A DNA stretch of 64,000 bases from assembly GCF_009914755.1 (NCBI RefSeq), contig NC_060947.1. One strand, given 5' to 3'. Each line of letters starts with the position of its first letter. Position 1 is the stretch's first letter. This DNA comes from the human T2T-CHM13v2.0 reference genome, Homo sapiens. Under the pieces are notes generated by a model, which saw only the letters and a program-made list of their open reading frames with translations, did not search any database and was not told where the DNA came from. Shown one piece after another: positions 1 to 17,496 of the stretch. The translations under genes were made by a program, and so were the position numbers.

Positions 1-208
1 GGATGCTCTCTTAGTGGTGTCTATTACCACTAAATTAAATCCTTTAGATACCTGGTGTTTTCCTCTCTATGGGGAAAAATCTTTTATATGAAATATCCCT
101 GCCTCTCTCCAAATGCTCTTCTCCTCCTCTACACTCCAAATATTGACCATTGACCATTTTCCATTCGTTTTTCTGTCTTGATTTAATCCAGTTACAAACT
201 TTTCTTAC

Positions 209-312
209 CTACTTAATTTGCTGGCCCTCAAATAATCAAGAAACATTGTAAAAACTTCACATAATCTTTAGAAGGACAGATGCTTTAATTCTTATCCTGG
301 TATTGCATGTGC
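209..312 (-). other. Candidate spliced exon (104 nt), stops in all three frames
   Basis: Minus strand acceptor ttttcctgtttcctctag|GC and donor TAG|gtaaga. Splice signals only, no transcript evidence. Confidence 0.3.
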
Positions 313-589
313 CTAGAGGAAACAGGAAAATGCTTAAAATGGTTCCAGCTAATTTCAAAGAGAAAGGCGTAAACTGCTGCCTGAAGCAGAAGGCTGGAGA
401 AGACTGCCTATGTCATCACAAGCAGCTGTTCCTATCCCAAACAGGGGAATGAGGAAGGACTTGGATACCAGCTGGGTAACGGAAGTGGAGAGAGATGAAA
501 TACATAATTTTGATTAAAATCTTTCTTCTGTAACTTTCACACATATTTCTGCATAAACATTTTCCTTTTTTAGCCTCAAATAAGAGTCA

Positions 590-740
590 ATGTGGCTCAG
601 TGAGGAAACACATACATATATACACACACATAATAACTGAGACTATGGGTTTTAGCCTCATGCAAGATTCTTCTTATGACCTTGGACAAGCATCTTCATC
701 TACATGTGTTACATTATTCTCATTTGAAAAAACATTGTAA
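590..740 (+). mobile_element. MIR fragment
   Basis: tgaccttggacaagcatc...ttctcatttgaaaa resembles the MIR core. Confidence 0.45.
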
Positions 741-2593
741 AACAAATTCTGAATAAATTTTGGAATTGCTTTGTGAAGGAAAAAATATGATTTTCATTAT
801 TCTGATAAAGGTGGGTTTTATAAATTCATAAAGAATATTATACTTTTACTTTTAGATAAACATGGACTATTAACTAAAAGTAGAGCAGTAGCATGTGACA
901 TTTAACAGATTAGAAATGATATAATTAGGGAGTGGCCAAGATGGCCGACTAGAAGAAGCTAGGTTGTGTCGCTCTCACGGAGAGGAATGGAAGGGGTAAG
1001 TAAAAACAGCAACTTCAACAGAAACAACCAGTTACTGGCATTGGGGACCAATTGAGGAGAATGTACTGGCATTGGGACCAATCAAGAAAACAATGCAACC
1101 CACAGAGAATGGACAAAAGCAAGGCAGGACAATGGCTCACCCAGGAGTGACACAGAGCCAAGAGAACCTTCCCTACCCAGGGGAGCAGTGAGTAAATGTG
1201 CAACCCTGGGAAACCATGGTTCTCCCACAGATCTTTGCAACTCTTGAGTCAAGAGATCCCCTCATGAACTTACTCCTTCAGTCTGACACACAAAGCTATG
1301 AGAAATCTCAGCAGAACAGCCACTCAGGCATGTGCAGAGACCTGGGAGCTTTAGATACTCCATCTCTGGGCTTCCTGTCGAATATAACTGCAACTCCAGC
1401 AAAGTGGGACATTAGACCCCCATGCATATCCCTAGGAAAGAGGCTGAATCTAGGGGGTCACCTAGCAATGGTCTGTAGGCCCCACTTCCATGAAACCTCA
1501 CAGAATAAGACTCACTGGCTTAGAATTCCAGCCAGCCACCTATAGCAATGTTGCAACTACCTGGGCTGGAGCTCCCATGAGAAGGGGCAGGCTGTCATTT
1601 TTGTGGTTTGTGCATTTAAACCAGTCCAGTCTGTGGGCTTTGGAGAATCCAAACCAACCAGAGGTGGAAGGAATTCCCCAGTGCAGCATAGCTGGTCTAC
1701 CAAAACATGGCCAAACTACTGCTTTAAGTCAGTCTCTGGTCTCTTCCTCCTCACTGAGTGGGACCTCCAAATGAGGGCCTCCAGCCACCCCTGCCAGTGT
1801 TGTTCAGCCTGCAGAGATTTGAAAACTCCCTGGGATGGAACTCCCAGACACAGGGGCAGACAGCTATCTTTACTGTTTGGATGACTTAGCAGTTCCAGCC
1901 TTTGGGCTTTGGGAAGCCCAAGCCAAACAGGGGTGGAAGTGGTACACATGCACAGCACAGCAGCCCTACAGAAAATGTGGCCAGACTGCCACATTTTTAA
2001 ACCAGGTCCCTGACCACATTCCCCATCACTGGGTGGAGCCTCCCAACCAGCATCTCTGGCCACCCTCATCAGTGATCTTTGACTGACAGAGGTTTCAGGT
2101 CTTCCTGAGATGGAGCTCCTAAGTGGAGGGGTGGTCCACCATCTTTGCTATTTGGGCAACTCAGCCACTCTGGCCTTTGGGCTTTGGAATGTCTGAGGCA
2201 ACCAGGGGCTAAAGTGGACCCCTAGTACAGCACAGCTGCACTACAGAAACATGGCCAAACTACTTGTTTAAGTGGGTCCCTGATCCTGTTCCTCCTTACT
2301 GGGCAAAACCTCCCATCCAGGGACTCCAGCCACCTCCTACAGGTGCGTTTGGACCAACAACATGTCTGTATCTCCCTGTCATGGAACTACCAGAGGAAGG
2401 GGCAGGCTGCCATCTTTGTTGTTTTTCAGCCTTCACTGGTGAATACCTCCGAGTACTGGAAAATCTGAGGTGACTAGGGACTGGAGCAGACCCCCAGCAT
2501 ACCACAGCAGCCCTATGGAAAAGTGGCCAGGCTGTTAAAAAAAAATGCAAAGGTCAGCACCCTCAAAGATTGAAGGTAGATAAGCCCATAAAG

Positions 2594-3630
2594 ATGAGAA
2601 ATAATCACCACAAGAATGCTGTAAACTCAAAAAGCCAGAATGTCCTCTTTCCTCCTAATGTCAGCATCACCTATCCAGCAAGAGTTCGAAGCCAGGCTGA
2701 GGCTAAAATGCCTGAAATGACAGAAGTAGAATTCAGAATATAGATAGAAAAAAGTTTACTGAGCTAAAGGAGTACATTGTAACCCAATTCAAGGAAGCTA
2801 AAAATCAAGATAAACCATCGCAGGAGCTGACAGACAAAATAGCTAGTTTAGAGGAGAATGTAACCAACCTGATAGAGCTGAAAAACACACTACAAGGATA
2901 TCATAAGGCAGTCACAAGTATTAATAGCAGAATAGACCAAGTGGATGATAGAATCTAAGATTCTGAAGATGGAATTTATTAAATAGGACAGACAGAAAAG
3001 AATACAGAAAAAATGCAAATGAATAAACAAAATATAGAATTATGTAAAGAGACTAAATCTGAGAAATATGAGATTATGTAAAGAAAATGAATCTATGACA
3101 GGTTGCTGTATCTGAAAGAGATGGGGAGAATGGAATCAATTTAGAAAACATAGTTAGGATATCATCCATGAGAACTTGCCCAACCTAGCTAGAGAGGCCA
3201 ACATACAAATTCAGGAAATGCAGAGAACCTCAGTAAGATACTCCATGAGAAGATAATCCCAAAGACACATAGTCATCAGATTCTCCAAGGTTGAAATGAA
3301 AGAAAAATTGTTAAAGGCAGCAAGAGAGAAAGGCCAGGTCACCTACAAAGGGAAGCACATCAGACTAACACTGGACCTCTCAGAAGAAAACCTACAAGCC
3401 AGAAGAGATTGGGGGCCAATATACAACAATCTTAAAAGAAATTCCAACCCAGAATTTCATATCCGGTCAAACTAAGCTTCATAAGCAAAGAAGAAATAAG
3501 ATCTTTCTCAGACAAGCAAATGCTGAGGAAATTTTCACCACCAGACTTGCCTTACAAGAGCTCTTGAAGGAAGTGCTAAATATGAAAAGGAAAGACCATT
3601 ACAAGCCACTACAAAAACATACTGAAGTTC
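2594..3630 (+). pseudogene. L1 ORF1p remnant (frameshifts and stops)
   Basis: Begins atgagaaataatcaccacaag and contains typical ORF1 sequence (gagaacttgcccaacctagctagagaggcc). End approximate. Confidence 0.85.
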
Positions 3631-3695
3631 ACAGACCAGTGATGCTGTAAAGCAACCACATAAACAAGTCTACAAAATAGCCAGCTAACATCATG

Positions 3696-6600
3696 ATGAC
3701 AGGATCAAATACACACATATCAATACTAACCTTACATGTAAATGAGCTAAATGCCCCAGTTGAAAGACACAGAGTGGCAAGCTGGATAAAGAACCACGAC
3801 CACTGGTATGCTGTCTTCAGGGACCCATATCACATGCAATGACACACATAGGTTCAAAACAAAGGGATGGAAGAAACTGTACCAAACAAATAGAACATAG
3901 AAAAATGCAGGGGTTGTAATCCCAGTTTCTGACAAAACAGGCTTTAAACCAACAAAGATAAAATAAGACAAAGTAGGTCATTATATAATGGTAAAGAGCT
4001 CAATTCAACAAGAAGATTTAACTGTTATAAATATATATACACCCAACTCAGGAGCACCAAGATTCATAAAGCAAGTTCTTAGAGACCTTCAAAGAGACTT
4101 AGACTCCCACACAATAGTAGTGGAAGACTTTAACACCCCAGTGACAATATTAAACAGACCATCAAGACAGAAAATTTAAAAAGATATTTAGGTCCTGAAC
4201 TTAGCACTGGATAAAATGGACCTGATAAATATCTACAGATCTCCCCACCCCCAAAAAACAGAATATACATTCTTCTCATCGCTGCACAGCACATACTCTA
4301 AAATCAATCATATAATCAGAAGTAAAACACTCTTCAGCAAATGCAAAATAATTGAAATAATAACAATCTCTCAGACCACAATGCAATCAAATTAGAAACA
4401 AAGACTAAGAAATTCACCCAAAACCATACATGACTTTTGGGTAAATAATGAAATTAAAGCAGAAATCAAGAAATTCTTTAAAACTAATGAGAACAACGAT
4501 ACAACGTACCAGAATCTATGGGACATAGCTAAGATAGCGATAAGAGGAAAATTTATAGCACTAAATGCCCACATCAAAAAGTTTAAAAGATCTCCAGTTA
4601 TCAACCTACTATCACAACTAAAAGAACTAGAGAACCAAGAGGAAACAAATCCCACAGCTAGCAGAAGACAATAAGTAACCAAAATCAGAGTTGAACTGAG
4701 GGAGCTAGAGACATGAAAAACCATTCAAAAGATCAACAAATCCAGAGGGGTTTTTTTTGAAAATAATAAAATAGATAGACAGCTAGCTACACTAATAAAG
4801 AAGAAAAGAGGGAAGATTCAAATAAACACAATCAGAAATCACAAGGGGAATATCACCACTGACATCCACAGAAATACAAACAGCCATCAGAAAATATTAT
4901 GCAAATAAACTAGAAAATCTAGAGGAAATGGATAAATTCCTGGGCACATACACCCTTCCAAGACTGAATCAGGAAATAGTTGAATCTCTGAACAGACCGA
5001 TAATGAGTTCTGACATTGAGGCAGTAATAAATGGCCTATCAACCAAAAACAGGCCAAGACCAGACAAATTCACAGCTGAATTCTATAGATGTACAAAGAG
5101 GAGTTGGGACTCCTCACAGCTGAATTCTATAGATGTACAAAGAGGAGTTGAGGAGGAGGGACTCCTCTCCAACGCATTCTATTAGGCCAGAATCATCCTG
5201 AAACCAAAACCTGGCAGAGATACAACAAAAAAAGAAAACTTCAGGCCAATGTCCTTGATGTCCATTGATGCAAAAATTCTGAACAAAATACTGGCAACCA
5301 AGTCCAGCAACACATTATAAAGCTTACCCCACACTATCAAGTAGGCTTCATCACTGGGATGCAAATTTGGCTCCACATATACAAATCAATAAATGTGATT
5401 CATCACATAAACAATCATCACATAAACAAACCTGAAGACAAAAACCACATCATGATCTCAATATAAGAAGAAAAGGCTTTTGATAAAATTCAAAATCCAT
5501 TCATGTTAAAAACTCTCAATAAACTAGGTATTGAAAGAATATTGCTCAAAATAATAATGGCCCTATATGACAAACCCACAGTCAACATCATACTGAGTGG
5601 ACAAAAGCTGTAGGCATTCCCCTTGAAAACCAGCACAAGAGAAGGATGCCCTCTCTCACCACTCCAATTCATCATAGTATTGGAAGTCTTGGCCAGGGCA
5701 ATCAGGAAAGAGAAAGAAAAAAAACGGCATCCAAATAGGAAGACAGAAAGTGAAACTATCCCTTCTTGCAAATGACATAATTATATATCTAGAAAACCAC
5801 ATAGTCTTAGCCCAAAAGCTTTGTAAGCTGAAAAACAACTTCAGCGAAGTCTCAAGATACAAAATTAATGTGCAAAAATCACTAGCATTCCTATACACCA
5901 ACAACAGTCAAGCCACAAGCCAAATCAGGAACGAACTCCCATTCACAAATGCTACCAAAAGAATAAAATACCTAGGGATACAACTTACTAGGAAGGTGAA
6001 TGGTCACTACAAGGATAACTACGAACCACTGCTCAAAGAAATCAGAGATGACGCAAACAAGTGGAAAAACATTCCGTGCTCATTGATTGGAAAAATCAAT
6101 ATCATGATAATGGCCATACTGCCCAAATCAAGTCATACATTCAATCACATTCCCGTTAAAATAACATTGACATTTCTTTACAGAGCTAGATAAAGAATAT
6201 TTTAAAATTCACACAAAACTAAAAAGGAGCCTGAATAGCCAAGGCCATCCTAAACAAAGAGAACAAAGCTGGAGGCATCATGCTACCCAACTTCAAACTA
6301 TTCTACAGGGCTACCATAACCAAAAGAGCATGGTACTGGTACAAAAACAGACATATAGACCAATGCAACAGTATAGAGAACCCAGAAATAAGACAGCATA
6401 CCTACAACTATCTGAACTTTGGCAAACCTGACAAAAACAAGCAACGGAGAAAGGATTCCCTATTCAATAAATGATGCTGAGATTACTGGCTAGCCACATG
6501 CAGAAGATTGAAACTGGACATCTTCCTTCCACCATATACAAAAATTCACTCAAGATGGATTAAAGACTTAAATGTAAACCTCCAAACTATAAAAACCTGG

Positions 6601-7453
6601 AAGACAACCTAGGCAATACCACTCAGGACATAGGCATGAACAAACATTTTATGATGAAGATGCCAAAAGGAGTAGCTATAAAAGCAAAAATTGACAAAGG
6701 GGATCTAATTAAACTAAAGAGTTTTTGCACAGCAAAAGAAACTATCAACAGAGTAAACAGATAACCTAGAGAATAGAAGAAAATTTTTGCAAACTATGCA
6801 TTCGGCAAAGGTCTAATATCCAGCATCTATAAGAAACTTAAAATTACAAAAACAACATAAAAAAGTAGGCAAAGGGCATGAACACTTTTCAGAAGAAAAC
6901 ATACATGTGGTCAACAACCATATGAGAAAAAGCTCAACATCACCGATCATTAGAGAAATACAAATCAAAACCACAATGAAATAGCATTTCACAACAGTCA
7001 GAATGGCTGTTCTTAAAAAGTCAAAAAATAATAGATGCTGTCAAGGTTGAGGAGAAAAGGGAACCCTTATACACTGTTGCTGGGAGTGTAAATCAGTTTG
7101 GTCATTGTGGGAGACAGTGTGGCAAAATACCATTCAACCAAACAATCCCATTGCTGGATATATATCCAAAGGAATAGAAATCATTCTATTATAAAGACAC
7201 ATGCACATATATGTTCATTCCAGCATGATTCACAGTAGCAAAGACATGGAATCAACATAAATGCTCATCAATGATAGACTGAATAGAGAAAATGTGGTAA
7301 ATATACACCATGGAATACTATGCAGCCATGAAAAAGAATGAGATCATGTTCTTTGCAGGGACATGGATAGAGCTGGATGAGATTATCTTTAGCAAACTAG
7401 CACAGGAACAGAAAACCCAATACTGCATGTTCTCACTTATAAGTGGGAGCTAA
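3696..7453 (+). pseudogene. L1 ORF2p remnant (endonuclease and reverse transcriptase), disrupted
   Basis: ATG ACA GGA TCA (MTGS) start. Track ORFs 3988-4179, 4928-5185, 5750-6193 ([15 protein letters not shown], a mutated FADD motif) and 6280-6474 are ORF2 pieces. Ends agtgggagctaa. Confidence 0.93.
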
Positions 7454-7729
7454 CTGATGAGAACACATGGACAGATAGAGGAGAACAACACACACCGGGT
7501 CTTTTCAGAAGGTGAAGGGTGGGAGGAGGAAGAACATCAGGAAGAATAACTAATGGGTACTAGGCTTAATACATGAATGATGAAATAATCTATATAACAA
7601 ACCCCATCATACAAGTTAACCTATGTAACAAACCTGCACTTGTACCCTGGGACTTAAAAGTTAAAAAAGAAATGATATAATTTTTAGTGTATAATTATTA
7701 TAAAATTAAATCCTCACAGAGAAGTTTTT

Positions 7730-8362
7730 CACAGACAATATGCAGTTGTGGGCTGCTGTAATAAATGACCAGTTTCAAAAAACTAAAAGAAATTAGAATA
7801 ATAGAAGAAATTCGAATGACATATAGGAGAATAAACTTAGAATAACAAAGTCATTCCTAAGCAAGAGAGAAAATCTATAAGCCATAAAAGTTGACTAATC
7901 TGATTATAAAATTTTTAAATTTCTGTGTGACTTAAACACTATTAGCATAGTTCAATGAGAAGTGGTATAACTGGCAACTACAGTTTCATAATATACAACA
8001 AAGGGAAACAAAGTTCCTATATATATAAAGAGTTTTTTATAATTCAATAAAAATAAATTACCTGAAAGAAAATGTATCATGTACAAGAAAAGAACATTTA
8101 CAGAAGAAATACAGTCAAGAAGCATGACAAGGTAATCAGTCTCACCAGTAGTCCAGAAATTAATATTAAAACAAGATAACGTTTTTCAACTATAGGCAAA
8201 GTGTTATTCTCATAACGTAGTGACAGATGTGTAAATGATTACACCTTTTTTGGCCCATAAATGAGTGTATCTAATAAGGAGCATTTCTATCACCAAAAAG
8301 TCTCTGTCCTACAGAAACACTCTCATATGTGCACAAAGATATATGGATACGGATATCTATGT
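7730..8362 (+). mobile_element. Old L1M (L1ME-like) 3' fragment
   Basis: Degenerate ORF2 C-terminal sequence, e.g. cctacagaaacactctcatatgtgcacaaagatata. Confidence 0.6.
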
Positions 8363-8364
8363 CT

Positions 8365-12412
<4,048 letters not shown>

Positions 12413-12754
12413 TTTACCTCCCCAAGACTGTTTTCCTTATGAACATTTTAAAAGGGGTAATCCTGAACAAAAGTCCCATTAGTGCTACTGCTCCTAAGTT
12501 TTGTAAAACAAGAGACTTATGGAAAATTTTCTACCAACTATGTACACCCTTTGTTTCCACACCATTTTGGTATCTGTCAAATTTTCCCATGAGTGTGCCG
12601 CTACATCAGTGACTCTGATTAATCTGATCAACAGGGTTAAGATTAAATATATTTACTTTGTTTCATATGTCATTTAATTAAGTTTACTATCAAAGGGTTC
12701 CAAGTCTGAGCAATTGAATAAATACTATAAACCATCAGGGCCTAACTTTGAAAG

Positions 12755-13025
12755 TGGCTCAGTCAGCTTGCACTGCCATGACAGACTGGATGGCTTAAGC
12801 CACAGAAGTTTATTTTCTCACAGTTATCTAGTCTGGAAGTCCAAGATCGAGGTTCCAGCAGATTCAGAACACTAATCTTATCAGATCAGGGCCCCATCTT
12901 AATGACTTCATCTAACTTTAATTAAGTATTTCCCTAAAGTCCCTATCTCCAAAGACAATCACATTAGGGGTTAGGGCTTCAACATACACATTTGGGAGGT
13001 TGGAGCAGGGCAAACATCATGTTCA
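12755..13025 (-). mobile_element. MLT1A/B-like MaLR LTR, internally deleted
   Basis: ctggaagtccaagatcgagg and ccctatctccaaagacaatcacattaggggttagggcttcaacat. Confidence 0.8.
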
Positions 13026-13094
13026 TAATGGAAAGCCAAGTGGATTTATCCTTTTTTTTTTTTTTTTTTTGCTTTTTAAAAAATTGCCAGATAT

Positions 13095-13203
13095 GCTGGT
13101 TACCTGGGTGACAAAATTGTATGTACACCAAACACCCGAGACAAACAATTTACCCATGTATAAAACCTGCACAGGTACCCCCTGAATGTAAAATAAAAAT
13201 TAG
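13095..13203 (+). mobile_element. Short L1PA15/16-like 3' end
   Basis: acctgggtgacaaaattgtatgtacaccaaac...aaacctgcacaggtaccccctgaa. Confidence 0.75.
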
Positions 13204-13675
<472 letters not shown>

Positions 13676-15108
13676 TACACTTAAATTGTTGTTTTTAACT
13701 GACTTCTCCACCTGCCTCAAGGTATTAATACAGGTATAAGAGGATGTATTAGTGATTGAATAGAATCTACCATGATATATAAACAAGAACCTAGTACAAT
13801 TCTATATTCTATAATAACCCTGGCTTGTGAGTCAAGACTGAACTGAATACCTTCCGGAGCCAAGGCAGTGGTTCCTTAAAATACTTGAAAGCTTCTTATA
13901 GCCATCCCTAAGGTACAAATCACCATGTTTTCTGCAGGGAGGCAAGTTAGTGCCTGGCTTTCACACAAGAAGTACAGTCCCAGAGTGTACACGGTGCTCA
14001 AGGAAAGAAAATGTTATTTACAATGGTTGGGGGCCTATCAGCAGAACTTGTCATTAGTCAGAAGGCACGGGTTTATAGTGCCTACAATGTGGCCTCTTGG
14101 GTAGCTGGCAGACCTTAACATTCTTCGTTCAGTTTAATAATCTAATATCATTTTTGATTTTGGAGAGACTGCCTGTGGGCAATCAATTAAACTTGTGTTT
14201 TTTGTTGGCCGTCAACAAGGCAGTATTCATCCACCCCACAGAAAAGAAAAGTGAGAATGGGAGAATATCTGAAGGTTATGCACAAGAGGTGCAGGAGCTT
14301 GAGCCATCTCTCATTGTTTCTAATAGGCTTATGAAGGTTAAGGAGAATAATGGCTAATTCACAGTTGGTGCTAGTTAGTGGGGGATGACAGACTTGGTAG
14401 TAAGTTGAATTTAAGGTTCTGTCAAGGCTATGGGAGAGCCACACCAGGGCATTTACATTTGGAAGAAAGATTCCAAGGTGGTTTTGAAAGATGAAGATTC
14501 ATTAATGTCCCTTCCTCTCCCACATCTCCCAAAATGTAAAGTGTTCCTTTCCACCTTCACAAATCAGTAGCCATAATGTTATATTTCTCCCCAGTCATCT
14601 CCTGTTTACATCCACATCTTACATATGGAAGAGTCAGGTGCAACAAGCACAAAATCATTTTTATAAAACTTAACCAGAACTATATATTTGGATTCTCTAG
14701 TCTCCCTTTTGGTCAGGCTGTCACCTTGAGAGTGTATCGACCACATCAGCCTAGGGCTACCATTGGGGGGAAAATGACATATCATGCCCAGGAATGGTCG
14801 GGCAGAATCCTGAATATTCAGTATAGGGCCTTATAACCAGCCCCACTCCTTTTGTCCTGATTATTATTCAGAAAGCTGCTGAGAGGAAATGATCCCATTC
14901 TGAAGAAAGCTAAATCCAATGAAAAAATCATCTTACTGATGTGTGTGGATCAAGAGAAGATAAGAAAATTAGAATGAAAAATTATTTGAGATAATTTTTT
15001 AGAAGATACCCAATAACAATAACAGATACTTTTGAATGGAGAAAACTTGAGGTGCCATAATACCTGGACTATCAGCTTACTCTTGAGTCACTTTTGTGAT
15101 AAAAAAAA

Positions 15109-15252
15109 AAATGTTCCATTTTCAGACTGCAAATGGTCCAGAAAGCTGAATACGTGACACCTGCTAGTTTTAAAGGCCATACTGACATGACCAGAATCAG
15201 CTAATAAGACTAGAACAGAAACTCTGTAACCTGAAAAAGTGTCATCAGCAGT
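15109..15252 (-). pseudogene. Retroviral integrase catalytic-core remnant
   Basis: Translates as TADDTFSGYRVSVLVLLADSGHVSMAFKTSRCHVFSFLDHLQSENGTF, matching the DTFSG...SDNG pattern of DDE integrases. Confidence 0.85.
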
Positions 15253-16254
15253 GAAATAAAACCCTTAGCTTTGAGAAGGATTCAAATATCCAACATAGGC
15301 ATTCTACCAGAAGTGGACAGGGCAATATGACCTGTGCTATGTGGCTTTCCTCCATCACGAAAAAATCAAGTAAATTTTGGCAGGGGTGACAAGCATGGCA
15401 TGCATTGATGGCCTCTGCATCAGAAACATAGACTCCTTTACTTTGTTTCCCCTCTCTGATGATGGATGTATTGTCTGTGGCAGTACTATGAGAGACTCAT
15501 ACAGTATTGGTGGGTAATCTGATCAGTATAGACTTGAACAGAAGCTTTATTCACATCAGTCTTATCAGAGGATGGGCCCTTACCTGGCATCTACACACAT
15601 GACTCTTGACAGTTTGGTCAGTAGCCAGAACTGCTTTCAACAGCCTATAGTCCCAAAAAGTAAGGTTTTCAATCTGTCAGTCTCTAGATTTCCAAATAGC
15701 GAAGAACTAGGCCATTACCAACAGTAATAACAAAACAAGATTCATTAGGAAGAATAGTAGTCAGATCTATGAGAATAGGCTTGAGTTCTGTCTTTGAGCA
15801 GAGTGGCTATGTCCATTTTTGTTTCTGTATAGCTGGAGCTAAGGTTGAACAGCTGCCATAGACCAGTGGACAACACAAGTTTAAGATTATCCTATGAGTG
15901 AACCAGGACAAGGAATTTAAGAGAAAATTTTTGAGTTGAGGGTCCCATTGTATCAGCACCTTTGCTTCAGGTGGCAGAGTGAGTGATACATTTTCTCCCA
16001 AAAGGATAGCTGCCACTTTTCATGTAAAATCAAGATACTAGTGGGGCAAGGATGGCTGCATTCTAAAATAAACTATTTTCATTTAAAAAGTGAGGCTTAG
16101 TAGGTCTTTCCCACCTTATTAGTCATTGAGTCTTACTTGATCCATACCAAAATAGAAATAACAAGTTAACAGTCACAAGGTATTTTTAGGTCTGGTGTCC
16201 ATTTCATAAGAGCCCAATAGCAAGCTAATAGCTGATTTACAAAAAGAAGGATAA

Positions 16255-17003
16255 ACACTACTGACCATTAGAGAAATGAAAATCAAAACCACAGTAACAT
16301 CTCACATAAGTCAGAATAGTGATTATTATAAAGTCAAGAAACAACAGATGCTGGCGAGGTTGTGAGAAATCGGATCGCTTTTACATTGTTGGGGGGAATC
16401 TAAATTAGTTCAACCATTGTGGAAGACAGTGTGGAGATTCCTCAATGATCCAGAACCAGAAATATCATTTGACCCAGGAATCCCATTCCTAGGTATATAC
16501 CCAAAGGAATATAAATCATTCCATTATAAAGATACATGTAAGCATATGTTCATTATAGCACTATTAACAATAGCAAAGACAGGGAATCAACCCAAATGCC
16601 CATCAATGATAGACTGGATAAAGAAAATGTGGCACATATATACCATGGAATACTATGCAGTCATAAAAAGGAATGAGATCATGTCTTTTGCAGGGGCTTG
16701 GTTGGAGCTGGAAGCTGTTATCCTCAGCAAACGAATGCAGGAACAGAAAACCAAATGCTGCATGTTTTCTCTTACAAGTGGGAGCTGAGCGATGAGGATA
16801 TATGGATACAGGGAGGGGAACAACACACACTGGGGCCTGTTGGTGGGAGCAGAAGGAGGGAGAGCATCAGGAAAAATAGCTAATGTGTGCTGGGCTTAAT
16901 ACCTAGGTGACGGGTTGGTAGGTGCAGCAAACCACCATGGCATACATTTACCTGTGTAACAAACCTGCACATCATGTACCCCAAAACTTAAAACTTTAAA
17001 AAA
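16255..17003 (+). mobile_element. 5'-truncated L1PA (L1PA8-11-like)
   Basis: ORF 16417-16788 is the ORF2 C-terminus, followed by an L1PA 3'UTR. Degenerate TSD ending aggataa on both sides. Confidence 0.93.
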
Positions 17004-17496
17004 GGGCAGGATAAGTTCAAAACCCCAAGGTTGCCTCCATGTGAAGGCTGCCTCCCTGTTCCAAAATACCTAATTGGAAAAAAATCATCAGTTATAGAGA
17101 CTTGTAGATCAAAGTTGTGAATAGGGTTTTGAGTTTTAAAGGTACTAGCACTTCTCTATATGTGGCTTCTTTCCAATTGGGATAATCTTCTTCAGTATAA
17201 ACAGATAAGAAAGTACAGGCATATAAGATCAATTTCTACTATAAATTCAAATGTAGAAGCAAGAGCAATAATAAGTATGCGAAAAACGTCACTCACAAGA
17301 TTGCATTAGACTTTGCTTTCCTACTTTGAACTCAGTCCAAAGTCCATCAGTTTAAACAGGTCTCACCCCCTCCTCCAATGGGATTAGATAGGATGGTGAT
17401 GTAAGAACTATATCCAACAGTCTTCAAAGTTTCAATTCTTTTTCTTCCTAAAATTCTCTAGCATATTCATTTAAGTATATATTAGCCCTTGGCCCC

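Larger units (their letters stand above)
927..7667 (+). mobile_element. Full-length LINE-1, old primate subfamily (L1PA13-16-like), inactive
   Basis: 5' end gggagtggccaagatggccgactag, long 5'UTR, ORF1 and ORF2 remnants, L1PA-type 3'UTR. Identical 15-bp TSD agaaatgatataatt at 912-926 and 7668-7682, with a TT|AGAA endonuclease-type site. Confidence 0.97.

Noticed and set aside
1198-2550. Cluster of overlapping 60-117 aa ORFs
   Set aside because: They lie in the GC-richer, repeated L1 5'UTR and have no recognisable domain.
5750-6193. Longest ORF (147 aa) as a gene
   Set aside because: It is a fragment of L1 ORF2 RT with the catalytic motif mutated (LAND instead of FADD).
15579-15660. Strong minus-strand donor CAG|gtaagg
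   Set aside because: No convincing upstream acceptor, and it lies in ERV pol remnant.
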